Source: Verrucomicrobiota bacterium
GTDB lineage: Bacteria > Verrucomicrobiota > Verrucomicrobiia > Opitutales > Intestinicryptomonadaceae
Reading direction: 5' to 3'
NCBI GenBank assembly: GCA_023450935.1
Contig: JAEXGH010000023.1
Coordinates: 436-64,435, forward strand
Length of the DNA stretch: 64,000 bases
This document shows, one piece after another, positions 1 to 9,158 of this stretch. A program made the position numbers and the translations under genes. Every line of letters begins with the position of its first letter. Position 1 is the first letter of the stretch. Under the pieces are notes generated by a model. It had not been told where the DNA came from and did not search any database. It saw only the letters and a list, made by a program, of their open reading frames with translations.

Positions 1-230
1 AAGCAAGCTTTTGGGGAGAATAAAACACGAAGTGTTTTACCCGTAGGGCGAGAACAGCGCGGATTTTGCGCAAGCAAAACCAAGCGAGCGAGTTCAATCC
101 GAAATAAAATCGAATGATGCCCGAGAGCGTTTGCTTCGACGAGTTTATAAAACAAAAGGCGAAACAAGAGTTTCGCCTTATCAATAAAAAATAAACTCGT
201 CGGCGAAGCAAACGCGCCCTCGCGCTTTTT

Positions 231-1769
231 TTAGAAGAGGCGGTCGAGGGAACGATAGTTTATAGCTTCGAGCAGGTGCGGGGTTTGGATTGTATCGGAG
301 AAGTCGAGGTCGGCAATCGTGCGGGAGACTTTTATTATCCTGTCCCACGCGCGCGCCGAAAGCCCGAGTTCCGTCATCGCCGAAACCAGAAGCGAGTTTT
401 GTTCGTTTGTTAGGGCGCAGTGTTTTCGCAGTAGCGCGGGCGTCATGTCGGCGTTGCAGTGGATTTTCAGTCCCTTGAAGCGTTGCGCTTGTATCTTGCG
501 CGCTTCGACAACGCGGGCGCGGATTTCGGCGGAAGACTCCGCAACCGTGTTTCGCTGAATCTCCTCAATGCCGAGCGCGGCGGCTTCGACGTGAATGTCG
601 ATTCTGTCGAGAAGCGGCCCCGACACGCGCGCGCGATACGCCCGCACCTGTTGCGGCGTGCACTTGCAGGCGCGTTGGGCGGAGCCGTAGTAGCCGCATT
701 TGCAGGGGTTCATCGCCGCTACAAGCATAAATTTGCACGGAAGCGTTATCTTGCCCGCCGCGCGCGAAATTGTGAGCCTGCCGTCCTCCATCGGCTGCCT
801 GAGGTTGTCGAGCACCGAGCCGAATTCGGGCAGCTCGTCGAGAAATAAAACGCCGTTGTGCGCAAGCGAGATTTCCCCGGGCTTTGGATTCGGGCCGCCG
901 CCCGTTAAACCGACTTTGCTTACGGTGTGGTGCGGCGCGCGAAACGGACGTTTAAAGCGGCGGTTGTCGGCGTTTTGTGTAAGCCCCGCGGCGGAATAGA
1001 CGCCGAGAATTTCCAGAAATTCGTCGTAGGTGGGCAGGGGCATAATAGTGGGAATGCGTTTTGCAATCATGCTTTTGCCCGATCCGGGAGGGCCTACCAT
1101 AAGCAGGTTGTGCCCGCCCGCCACGGCGACTTCAACCGCGCGGCGGACTTGGTGTTGCCCCTTAACGTCGGAGAAATCGACGTCGAAAAGGGCGTCGGAT
1201 TCCCCCGCGAAGACGTCGCGTTGCGGCTTTAGTTTTTCGAGTTGTGCGCGCCCGAGAAAGAAATCGACGGTTTCGCGCAATGTCTGCGGTGCAATCACGT
1301 CAACGCCGTCTACAAGGCTTGCTTCGTGGGCCGATTCGGGCGGCAGAATAACTCCTTTCTTGCCGCTTTTTTTGGCAAGCAACGCCATGGAAACCCCGCC
1401 GCAAATCGCCCGCAAACGCCCCGAAAGACTGAGCTCTCCCGCAATGATGTAGTCGAAAAACGGCTCCTGCGGAATGTGCCCGAGCGACGCCAGCACCGCA
1501 AGCGAAATAGGCAGGTCGTAAATTGGTCCCTCTTTTTTTATGTCTCCCGGGGCGAGATTTACGGTGGTTTTTGTTGTGGGCATTGAAAAGCCGCTGTTTG
1601 CCATTGCCGAAGAAACGCGGTTAACCGACTCCTTTACTGCGGCATCGGGCAAACCCACTATGAAAATTTTGGGTTCGCCGCTTTCGCCCGAATTTACCTC
1701 TATGTCAACGGGCAAAGCCTCCACGCCGCAAAGCGAACCCGAATGTAATTTGGAAAACATAAAAATCAT
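231..1769 (-). CDS. comM: Mg-chelatase-like AAA+ protein, YifB/ComM family
   Basis: 512-aa ORF with an ATG at 1767-1769. Walker A '[11 protein letters not shown]' and Walker B '[10 protein letters not shown]'. The N-terminal Lon-like domain and C-terminal '[15 protein letters not shown]' are typical of ComM. Confidence 0.85.
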   Translation of the reverse strand: MIFMFSKLHSGSLCGVEALPVDIEVNSGESGEPKIFIVGLPDAAVKESVNRVSSAMANSGFSMPTTKTTVNLAPGDIKKEGPIYDLPISLAVLASLGHIPQEPFFDYIIAGELSLSGRLRAICGGVSMALLAKKSGKKGVILPPESAHEASLVDGVDVIAPQTLRETVDFFLGRAQLEKLKPQRDVFAGESDALFDVDFSDVKGQHQVRRAVEVAVAGGHNLLMVGPPGSGKSMIAKRIPTIMPLPTYDEFLEILGVYSAAGLTQNADNRRFKRPFRAPHHTVSKVGLTGGGPNPKPGEISLAHNGVLFLDELPEFGSVLDNLRQPMEDGRLTISRAAGKITLPCKFMLVAAMNPCKCGYYGSAQRACKCTPQQVRAYRARVSGPLLDRIDIHVEAAALGIEEIQRNTVAESSAEIRARVVEARKIQAQRFKGLKIHCNADMTPALLRKHCALTNEQNSLLVSAMTELGLSARAWDRIIKVSRTIADLDFSDTIQTPHLLEAINYRSLDRLF

Positions 1770-1839
1770 TAAAAAAAATTTCGTTGGGCGGGCAAGCTAT
1801 ATTTGTTGCTTGCGCGCACAAATGTGTTAAAAAGGGGAA

Positions 1840-2340
1840 ATGGAAAATATTGAAGGGCGAATATCGGCGGCGGCTAAGGAAATAGTGCGCGCAGCGGCGG
1901 GGAATTTTTCCGTGTGCGGGGCGGAGTCGTGCACGGGCGGGGGGATAGCCTCGGCGGTTGTCTCGATTGGCGGCGCGAGCGCGGTCTTTAAGGGCGCGGC
2001 AGTCTGCTATTGCGACGAAGCAAAAATGCGCATTCTGGGCGTGAAGGAATCGACCCTGCGCGAGCATTTCGCCGAAAGCACAGAATGTGCCGCCGAAATG
2101 GCGGAGGGCGCGCGCAAAATCTACAACGCCGACATTGCTTTTGCCTCCACGGGCTTTTTGGACGCCAACACGGGCACAAAGCCCGCCGAGCTTGCGGGCA
2201 CTGTGTTTCTGGCATTCGCCACGAAAGACGGAACTTCGGTTCAAACGCTGAAGCTCGACTCCGCCGCCGAACGCAACTTAAACAGAAAGCTATGCGTGCT
2301 TGCCGCTCTTAAAAAGATTTTGACTTTTGGGTGTATATGA
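1840..2340 (+). CDS. pncC: CinA C-terminal domain protein / nicotinamide-nucleotide amidohydrolase (PncC-like)
   Basis: 166 aa. 'CGAESCTGGGIASAV' and 'KGAAVCYCDEAK' match the stand-alone CinA/PncC domain. SD-like 'aaagggg' lies before the ATG. Confidence 0.75.
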   Translation: MENIEGRISAAAKEIVRAAAGNFSVCGAESCTGGGIASAVVSIGGASAVFKGAAVCYCDEAKMRILGVKESTLREHFAESTECAAEMAEGARKIYNADIAFASTGFLDANTGTKPAELAGTVFLAFATKDGTSVQTLKLDSAAERNLNRKLCVLAALKKILTFGCI

Positions 2341-2387
2341 TTTGTTCTATTTTCAGGTGGCGAGTTAATCGGGAGAAAGGTGAACTT

Positions 2388-3500
2388 ATGGATAGGAGAT
2401 TTTTTGCAAAAACGGCATTGGGATTTGTTGCGGGAACAGTAGGGCTTTCGGCTGCTCCCTCGGGTTCGGGTGTAAAAAAAATGCAGACAAACTTCAAAAA
2501 AGACAATTCGCGTTTTGCGACAAATTCTGACGAGGACGAAGTTAAGGTTATTCAGTCCAAAAGATTTTATAAACAACCGAGCAAAAAAGCACAGGGTAAG
2601 TGCACATCGATTCTGTTTTTTGCCGACGTGCATCTTGTTGTTGGCAATCTTCTTAAAATAAAAGATTTCGCGCAAAAACATAAAAAATACATAGACGATG
2701 TTGTCCACTTGGGGGACGCAGTCGGCAATGCATACAAAGGAAATTTCGCACTCTGGGATAATTATCCTAATGCTCTTAATATCATAGGCAATCACGATGT
2801 ATACGATGGAAACTATAAAAAAATCCTTTCGGATAAATCAAAATATTCTATATACTTCGAAAAATATATAAAATTGTGGAATGTCGTTCAACCCGAGGAC
2901 GCACAAGCAAACGGAATTTGCTATTTTTACAAAGACTACAACGATGATGTCCGCCTGATTGCCATTGACTGTATGAATCCGAACAACGCCCAGTTCGATT
3001 GGTTTGTCAAGGCGTTGTCGGGCGCAAGAAAAGCGGGTTTGAAAGTGGTTATAGCAACCCATATCCCCCCGACAGGCGACGCCGGTTTGGATTGCAACTT
3101 CAATTCAATCGACTATGCGTTTGAGCATGCTTCAACGGAAACGTCAGGCAAAAATTTCACGCGGTTTGTAGACGCGGTTGACGAATTTATATCGCAAGGC
3201 GGCGGTTTTGTGGCGTGGATTTGCGGGCATTTCCATCACGACAGATTTATGCACACTACGGGCACAAAGCACAAGCAGCTAATAGTAGTTATGGAGTGCG
3301 CAACCGACTTTGATTATTGGACTGACGCCGACCACGTCCGCGATACGCCCACGGGCACATGTTGGGAGATTATTTCGATAGAAAGCGTTTCAAACGTTCT
3401 AAAAATTGCACGCTTCGGCAATAATTTCGACCACTACTTACGCCACAAAGGAACACTGTGTTACGACTTCAAAAATCACAAACTCATTTCCCAATATTGA
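2388..3500 (+). CDS. Calcineurin-like metallophosphoesterase with a twin-arginine (Tat) signal
   Basis: Metallophosphoesterase motifs in order: 'FFADVHL', 'HLGDAVGN', 'IIGNHD', 'ATHIPP', 'CGHFHHD'. The N-terminus 'MDRRFFAKTALGFVAGTVGLSAAP' has an RRxF Tat motif. Start taken at the ATG at 2388 (GGAGAAAGG upstream), not at the ORF-track start 2331. Markedly AT-richer than its neighbours. Confidence 0.7.
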   Translation: MDRRFFAKTALGFVAGTVGLSAAPSGSGVKKMQTNFKKDNSRFATNSDEDEVKVIQSKRFYKQPSKKAQGKCTSILFFADVHLVVGNLLKIKDFAQKHKKYIDDVVHLGDAVGNAYKGNFALWDNYPNALNIIGNHDVYDGNYKKILSDKSKYSIYFEKYIKLWNVVQPEDAQANGICYFYKDYNDDVRLIAIDCMNPNNAQFDWFVKALSGARKAGLKVVIATHIPPTGDAGLDCNFNSIDYAFEHASTETSGKNFTRFVDAVDEFISQGGGFVAWICGHFHHDRFMHTTGTKHKQLIVVMECATDFDYWTDADHVRDTPTGTCWEIISIESVSNVLKIARFGNNFDHYLRHKGTLCYDFKNHKLISQY

Positions 3501-3635
3501 TTTTTTTAAATTCCTAAAGCGGGTTTTTTATAATTCCTAAAGTGGCGGCGATTGCGAAGCAATACGCCTTTGTTTGGTTGTTAAAGACGAGATGTATTCG
3601 CCTGCGCCCAAAGAAATAGCCCCACTTTAACCCAT

Positions 3636-3664
3636 AAAAAAAGCGGGATTGGCAAAGCCAATCC
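3636..3664 (-). terminator. Rho-independent terminator downstream of rplS
   Basis: 8-bp stem ggattggc/gccaatcc (3646-3653 / 3657-3664) with a 3-nt loop. On the minus strand it is followed by a run of 7 T (3636-3642). Confidence 0.6.
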
Positions 3665-3763
3665 GCGCCGCTTGGAAAGATTTAAGATTCTTTTTTACAG
3701 AGGAGCGTTGAATATAATTCAACCTCCGACGGTGCCCAAATAATGGAAACCCGCCCTTGCGGG

Positions 3764-4126
3764 TTAGTAGTTGACCAAACGTTTTTCTTTGACCTTGGAA
3801 GCCTGCTTGCCGATGCGGTCGCGCAAGTAGTAGAGGCGGGCGCGCATGGGGACGGAGTCTCTGTCGACTTCAATCTTGGCGATGTTGGGGGAGTTTACGG
3901 GGAAAACGCGTTCCACGCCTTCGCCGTAGGAGAGACGGCGGACGGTAAATGTTTCGTGAATGCCGCTGCCCTTTCTCGCGATTACGATGCCCGCAAAAAC
4001 CTGAATACGTTCCTTGTCGCCTTCGCGAACTTTTGCATGCACTTTAACACCGTCGCCCACTTTGAATTTGGCGACGTCAGACTTGATTTGGTCTTTCGTG
4101 ATTTCTTTCAACAATTCTTGGTTCAT
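3764..4126 (-). CDS. rplS: 50S ribosomal protein L19
   Basis: '[30 protein letters not shown]...[18 protein letters not shown]' is an unmistakable L19. The ATG at 4124-4126 overlaps the trmD stop (ATGA). Confidence 0.95.
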   Translation of the reverse strand: MNQELLKEITKDQIKSDVAKFKVGDGVKVHAKVREGDKERIQVFAGIVIARKGSGIHETFTVRRLSYGEGVERVFPVNSPNIAKIEVDRDSVPMRARLYYLRDRIGKQASKVKEKRLVNY

Positions 4127-4818
4127 TGTTCTTCTCCTTTGTTTAAAATGTCTTGTCTGCGTTGCTTTGTTTTCTCCACCTGTTGCTGCCGCCGCCATTG
4201 CTGTATTTTAGCGTGATTGCCTGACATCAGAATCTGCGGAACTTCCATTCCCCTGAAAACGGCGGGTCTTGTCCATTGTGGAAAAGAAAGGAGATTGTCA
4301 TTAAAAGAGTCAAACGTCAAGGAATTTTCTTCGCCTAAAACGCCTTTTACGTATCTTGCCACAGCGTCTGCCAAGACAGCCGCGGGAAGCGTGCCGTTGG
4401 TTAGGACGTAGTCTCCTATGGAAATCTCCCTGTCAATAATGCAGTCGCGGACGCGTTGGTCGATGCCTTCGTAGTGCCCGCTCAGGATTATCAGATGCTT
4501 TTTTTGCGACAGTTCCGCGGCTATTTTGGGCGAAAGTTTTTCGCCGTCGGGGCACATGTAAATGCGGGTGCATTCGGGGGTTTGAAGCGCCTCTATTGCA
4601 GCGAAAATTGGTTCGGGCATAAGCAGCATTCCGGGGCCGCCGCCGAAGGGGCGGTCGTCAACGTTTTTGTGTTTGCTTGTTGCCCAGTCGCGAATGTCGT
4701 GGACTTTTAAATCGAGAATTCCAGCTTCCTGCGCGCGCGCAAGCATACTTTCGCCCAAAAATCCGGAGAGCATATTTGGGAAAAGGGTGAGGAAGTCGAT
4801 TTTTAGTTTTGCGTCCAT
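4123..4818 (-). CDS. trmD: tRNA (guanine37-N1)-methyltransferase
   Basis: '[11 protein letters not shown]', '[13 protein letters not shown]', '[21 protein letters not shown]'. The first ATG is at 4816-4818. The ORF-track start at 4824 is a TTG. Confidence 0.9.
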   Translation of the reverse strand: MDAKLKIDFLTLFPNMLSGFLGESMLARAQEAGILDLKVHDIRDWATSKHKNVDDRPFGGGPGMLLMPEPIFAAIEALQTPECTRIYMCPDGEKLSPKIAAELSQKKHLIILSGHYEGIDQRVRDCIIDREISIGDYVLTNGTLPAAVLADAVARYVKGVLGEENSLTFDSFNDNLLSFPQWTRPAVFRGMEVPQILMSGNHAKIQQWRRQQQVEKTKQRRQDILNKGEEQ

Positions 4819-4882
4819 ATACAAAAACCCGTTGAGAGCCTGAAACGACCGTCAGCGGGTTTGGAAGGGGACAATTCTCCGA

Positions 4883-5140
4883 TTACGCCTGAGCCTGAGC
4901 TTTTGCTTTCTTGATGAGAGCCTTTACTGTGTCGGAGGGTTGTGCGCCTACGCTTACCCAATAGTCGGCGCGTTCAACGTTGATGTTGCAGGCAATGTCC
5001 TTACCTCTCGGGCTGGGATTATACATACCGAGCGTTTCAACGAACTTACCGTCGCGGCGTGCCGAACTTTCGGCTACTACAACTCTGTAGACGGGGTTGT
5101 GCGTTGAGCCGTGTCTTTGTAATCTGATTTTAAGTGCCAT
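4883..5140 (-). CDS. rpsP: 30S ribosomal protein S16
   Basis: 'MALKIRLQRHGSTHNPVYRVVVAESSARRDGKFVETLGMYNP'. Confidence 0.95.
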   Translation of the reverse strand: MALKIRLQRHGSTHNPVYRVVVAESSARRDGKFVETLGMYNPSPRGKDIACNINVERADYWVSVGAQPSDTVKALIKKAKAQAQA

Positions 5141-5222
5141 ATTTCCTATTCTTTAAAAAAGTTAAACCGTTTATGAAATATCACATTTTTTTTTTGTCAA
5201 CCACTTTTTGTCGCTAAAATTT

Positions 5223-5264
5223 CGCCCGACTCCTGACTTGTGCGCGCGGCGACGGAGTCGGGCG
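5223..5264 (-). terminator. Long hairpin downstream of the HMGL-like gene
   Basis: Perfect 11-bp stem cgcccgactcc / ggagtcgggcg (5223-5233 / 5254-5264) with a 20-nt loop, 32 nt past the stop at 5296. The U-tract on the minus strand is only weak. Confidence 0.45.
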
Positions 5265-5295
5265 GAAGATTCATGCCGCGTCGCGCAAGCGGAGG

Positions 5296-6279
5296 TTAGC
5301 GCATCATTTCGTCGTAGAAGGCAACTATCTTCCCTTTGTCGGGGCCTTCGTTGTGCTCCATCGCGCTTTTTGGGTGGCGGTTCATGAAACCCGTAATCAT
5401 ATACGGGTAGTCGAAGCCCCAGCCGAGCTTTGCGCGCATAGGTTCGATGTATTTTTCGATGCACTCGAGAATCGGGCGCGCCCTGTATTTGGGGTTGTGC
5501 AGGAAACCTACAAGGAGCTCGAGAGGGCAGTTGCCCGCGCCTCTGCCCAAGCCAGCGAACGTGCCGTCGATGAGGTTTGCTCCCGCGACGATTGCCTCTA
5601 TCGTGTTTGCGAAAGCCAGCTGCAGGTTATTGTGCGCGTGAATGCCAATGCGTTTGTTGCCCGCAATCGACATATACTTGTGCATCATCTGCCTGATTTG
5701 CTCGCCGTAGAGCGAGCCGAAGCTGTCCACGAGGTAGATTGTGCCCACGTCTGTTTTCGAGAGCATTTCAAGCCCTTCGTCAAGCTGTTCTTCGTTGACG
5801 GTGGAGACCGCCATTACGTTGACAGTTGTTTCGTAGCCCTTGTCTGCTGCGTCCTTAATCATATCCATAGCCAGCGGAATCTGGTGGATATAGGTTGCAA
5901 CGCGTATCATATCGACGGGGCTTTGCGACTTGTCTACGATATCGGTTTTGTAGTCGCATTTTTCGGCGTCCGCCATGACGGAGATTTTCACGTCGCGTTT
6001 GTTGTCGCCGACGATGCGCTTGATGTCGTCTTCTTCGCAGAAACGCCACGCACCGAACTTTTCGGGGGAATAGATTTTTTTGCTGTTTTTGTAGCCTATT
6101 TCCATGTAGTCGATGCCCGAGTCTGCGCAGGCGTCGTATACGGCGCGGACAGTGGCGTCGTCAAAACGGCTGGAATTCATCAACCCGCCGTCGCGGATAG
6201 TGCAGTCCAAGACCTTTAGTTCTTTTCTGAAGCCCACCCATCTTTCAGCGGCGGACGTTTCCTCTTTTTTTGTATCCAT
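5296..6279 (-). CDS. HMGL-like / pyruvate carboxyltransferase-fold aldolase family protein
   Basis: 'LDCTIRDGG' (DxTxRDG-type motif), 'GIHAHNNLQLAFANT' (HxH metal site) and a TIM-barrel-length protein. Start at the ATG at 6277-6279 ('MDTKKEE'). Confidence 0.7.
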   Translation of the reverse strand: MDTKKEETSAAERWVGFRKELKVLDCTIRDGGLMNSSRFDDATVRAVYDACADSGIDYMEIGYKNSKKIYSPEKFGAWRFCEEDDIKRIVGDNKRDVKISVMADAEKCDYKTDIVDKSQSPVDMIRVATYIHQIPLAMDMIKDAADKGYETTVNVMAVSTVNEEQLDEGLEMLSKTDVGTIYLVDSFGSLYGEQIRQMMHKYMSIAGNKRIGIHAHNNLQLAFANTIEAIVAGANLIDGTFAGLGRGAGNCPLELLVGFLHNPKYRARPILECIEKYIEPMRAKLGWGFDYPYMITGFMNRHPKSAMEHNEGPDKGKIVAFYDEMMR

Positions 6280-6500
6280 TGTTTTCCTTGTTTGAAAAAT
6301 AAAAAACCCGAACGCTTTTTTGTGCATTCGGGTTTTATAATGCCAACACATTTACATGCGCTTACCGAATGCCAAGCGGGACACCGTAGTAATAATAGCC
6401 TGTAAAATACTGAGTCATTATGGCAAATGAGATATTATTTTTTGCGTATTGCAAGCGTTTTTTTTGGATTTTTTTAACCCGAAGGCGTTTGCGGCGTTTT

Positions 6501-7667
6501 TTACGCGTTTACCCCCAGCGTTTGGGCTACCATTTTGTGGAAGTCGCCGAAGAGCGCGGAGGCTTCGTTCGGGCCGGGGGCGGCTTCGGGGTGGTATTGA
6601 ACCGAGAACACGGGAAGTTCTTTGTGGCGCAAGCCCTCTACAGTGTTGTCGTTGAGGTTGATTTCCGTGACAATCGCGCCTGCGTTTTCAAGCGACTTCG
6701 CGTCGGCGGCGAACCCGTGGTTTTGCGACGTTATCGAAACAAGCCCCGTTTCGAGGTTCTTTACAGGCTGGTTTCCGCCTCTGTGTCCGAATTTGAGCTT
6801 GTATGTTTTCGCTCCCAGCGCGTGCGTTATCACCTGATGTCCGAAGCAGATTCCGAAAGTCGGATATTTCTGCAGCAGCGCGGCTACGGTTTTGTGCGCG
6901 TAGTCAACCGCCGAGGGGTCTCCCGGGCCGTTTGAAAGGAATACGCATTGCGGGTCGAAATCTGCTATCTCCGCGGCGGAGACAGTCGCGGGGAAAACCG
7001 TTACGTCGAAGCCGTTGAACGCGAGCCTTTTGAAAATAGAAGTTTTTGCGCCGAAGTCTATTGCCGCGCATTTAAAAAGCGGTTTTGCTCTTTCGAAATT
7101 ATAGAGCTTTGTTCCGCAGACAGTGAAGGGTTTTAAATCGTCTTCGGGAACGTCGAACTTATACGCTTTTTTGCAGGATACCTCCTTTACGTAGTCAACG
7201 CCCACGAGCCCCGCCCAGTTCTGGGCGCGCGCAACGGCGTCTTCGGCGGAGATGTCCTCGGTTGTAAGGCATGCTTTCATTGCGCCCGCGTCGCGTATTT
7301 TCTTTGTGATTGCGCGCGTGTCCACGCCGCTGATTGCCGGAACGCCCGCGTTTTCGAGATACTGCTGAAGCATCATCTTGCTGCGCCAGCTGCTTGCAAC
7401 GGGGCTTACCTCGCGCACGACGAACCCCGAAACTTTCACTCCGTCGGATTCCTCGTCTTCGGGATTTACGCCGTAATTGCCCACCTCGACTGCCGTCATC
7501 GTGACTATCTGTCCGAAATACGAAGGGTCTGTGAGCACTTCCTGATATCCCGTCATCGACGTGTTAAAGACCGCCTCGCCGACTGCCGTTTTTGTTGCTC
7601 CGAACGCTCTTCCCTCAAACACGCTGCCGTCTTCAAACGCCAAAATTGCTTTTCGATTCTCACTCAT
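6501..7667 (-). CDS. carA: Carbamoyl-phosphate synthase small (glutaminase) subunit
   Basis: 'AILAFEDGSVFEGRAFG', the GATase nucleophile region 'GICFGHQV' and 'VQYHPEA'. Confidence 0.92.
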   Translation of the reverse strand: MSENRKAILAFEDGSVFEGRAFGATKTAVGEAVFNTSMTGYQEVLTDPSYFGQIVTMTAVEVGNYGVNPEDEESDGVKVSGFVVREVSPVASSWRSKMMLQQYLENAGVPAISGVDTRAITKKIRDAGAMKACLTTEDISAEDAVARAQNWAGLVGVDYVKEVSCKKAYKFDVPEDDLKPFTVCGTKLYNFERAKPLFKCAAIDFGAKTSIFKRLAFNGFDVTVFPATVSAAEIADFDPQCVFLSNGPGDPSAVDYAHKTVAALLQKYPTFGICFGHQVITHALGAKTYKLKFGHRGGNQPVKNLETGLVSITSQNHGFAADAKSLENAGAIVTEINLNDNTVEGLRHKELPVFSVQYHPEAAPGPNEASALFGDFHKMVAQTLGVNA

Positions 7668-7806
7668 ATTTTTTTAACCCTCCAACTAAATATGATTGCC
7701 CGCGCTTTTCAACCAAATTTTTAACGGACATCGCGGTATTCTTTGCGCGGAAGCAGGCGTGCGAACTTGCGCCGCGCCGGCAAACGACGGCGTTTTGGCG
7801 GGCTAC

Positions 7807-7834
7807 AAAAAAGGCGAACCCGAACGGGTTCGCC
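7807..7834 (-). terminator. Rho-independent terminator of fba
   Basis: 9-bp stem ggcgaaccc/gggttcgcc (7813-7821 / 7826-7834) with a 4-nt loop, followed on the minus strand by TTTTTT (7807-7812). It lies 30 nt after the fba stop. Confidence 0.8.
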
Positions 7835-7863
7835 TCCGAAAGATATGATTTTCCCCGGCCGAA

Positions 7864-8856
7864 TTACGCCTTGCCTGCCGAGCCGAGGACGTTTTCGACC
7901 TTGTGCATGTAGAGCTTTTTGAGCTCGTCGCGCGCGGGGCCGAGGTATTTGCGGGGGTCGAATTCCGCGGGCTTTGTCGCGAAAACTTCGCGGACTGCCG
8001 CAGTCATAGCCAAACGGCCGTCGCTGTCGATGTTGATTTTGCAGACGGCAGATTCAGCCGCCTTGCGGAGCTGTTCTTCGGGGATACCCACGGCCGCTTC
8101 GAGCTTGCCGCCGAACTTGTTGATTGTATCGACATACTGCTGCGGAACTGAGGACGAACCGTGCAGGACAATCGGGAATCCGGGGATACGTTTTTCGACT
8201 TCCTGCAAGATGTCGAAGCGCAACGGCGGGGGAACAAGTCTGCCGTCGGCGTCGCGCGTGCACTGTTCGGGCTTGAACTTGTATGCGCCGTGCGATGTGC
8301 CGATGGAAATCGCCAAAGAATCGACACCCGTCTTCTTTACGAAGTCTTCGACTTCTTCGGGGCGCGTATACGAGTGGGTTTCGTGCGAAACTTCGTCTTC
8401 GATACCCGCCAAAACGCCGAGTTCGCCTTCGACTGTAACGTCGTATTTATGGGCGTATTCCACGACTTTTGCGGTCAACTCCACGTTTTCGTCATAGGGG
8501 TGCGCCGAACCGTCAATCATAACCGAGGAGAAGCCGTATTCGATGCACGATTTGCACAATTCGAAAGAGTCTCCGTGGTCGAGGTGCAGGACAATCGGGA
8601 TTGCGCAGCCGAGTTCCTTGGAATACTCGCACGCGCCCTGCGCCATGTATCTGAGCAAAGTCTGGTTCGCATACTTGCGGGCTCCGCTTGAAACCTGCAA
8701 GATAACGGGCGACTTTTTCTCTACGCAGGCCTGAATGATGGCCTGCATCTGTTCCATATTATTGAAGTTAAACGCCGGAATTGCATATTTGCCTGCAATC
8801 GCTTTTTTGAAAAGCTCGCGCGAGTTAACCAAACCGAGTTCTTTATAAGATACCAT
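7864..8856 (-). CDS. fba: Class II fructose-1,6-bisphosphate aldolase
   Basis: 'AIPAFNFNNMEQMQAI', 'VLHLDHG', 'VMIDGS', 'VEGELGVL', 'LHGSSSVP'. Start at the ATG at 8854-8856 ('MVSYKELG'). The 98-codon in-frame upstream extension is rejected. Confidence 0.9.
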   Translation of the reverse strand: MVSYKELGLVNSRELFKKAIAGKYAIPAFNFNNMEQMQAIIQACVEKKSPVILQVSSGARKYANQTLLRYMAQGACEYSKELGCAIPIVLHLDHGDSFELCKSCIEYGFSSVMIDGSAHPYDENVELTAKVVEYAHKYDVTVEGELGVLAGIEDEVSHETHSYTRPEEVEDFVKKTGVDSLAISIGTSHGAYKFKPEQCTRDADGRLVPPPLRFDILQEVEKRIPGFPIVLHGSSSVPQQYVDTINKFGGKLEAAVGIPEEQLRKAAESAVCKINIDSDGRLAMTAAVREVFATKPAEFDPRKYLGPARDELKKLYMHKVENVLGSAGKA

Positions 8857-9158
8857 AATTGTTATTTTGATTGAACCTTCATTAAAAAAAATCGGGTTTT
8901 CAAATGCAATCAAAAAATCAACTTTAATTTCGGCCGATTCGTTCGGCGTGGAGGAGGGGCGCGCCGGCGGGGGAAACGGGCGAAGTCGGCTGGGCGGCGC
9001 GGAGAATGCGGGGCGGAAGGTGTCGGATTGCGCTGAAAGATTGTTTTGCCCTCCGACAGGCATCGCCGGTCTAAAACTAAAAAACGGGGGAATATCTGTT
9101 TGACAAGTCGGCGGAGGTTTTTGTAGGCTTCCTCCCTGTATATACAGCATTCCAATTT

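Noticed and set aside
1-120. A possible tRNA/tmRNA 3' end suggested by 'gcgagttcaatcc' (T-loop-like GTTCAATCC)
   Set aside because: The flanking bases do not form a T-stem, and there is no acceptor stem or CCA context. The only nearby structure is a small hairpin at 21-37. There is not enough evidence for an RNA gene call.
8857-9150. A 98-codon N-terminal extension of the fba ORF
   Set aside because: The extension is Pro/Ser-rich and unlike any aldolase. The canonical aldolase N-terminus 'MVSYKELGLVN' begins at the internal ATG at 8854-8856, and the extension would run through the divergent promoter region.
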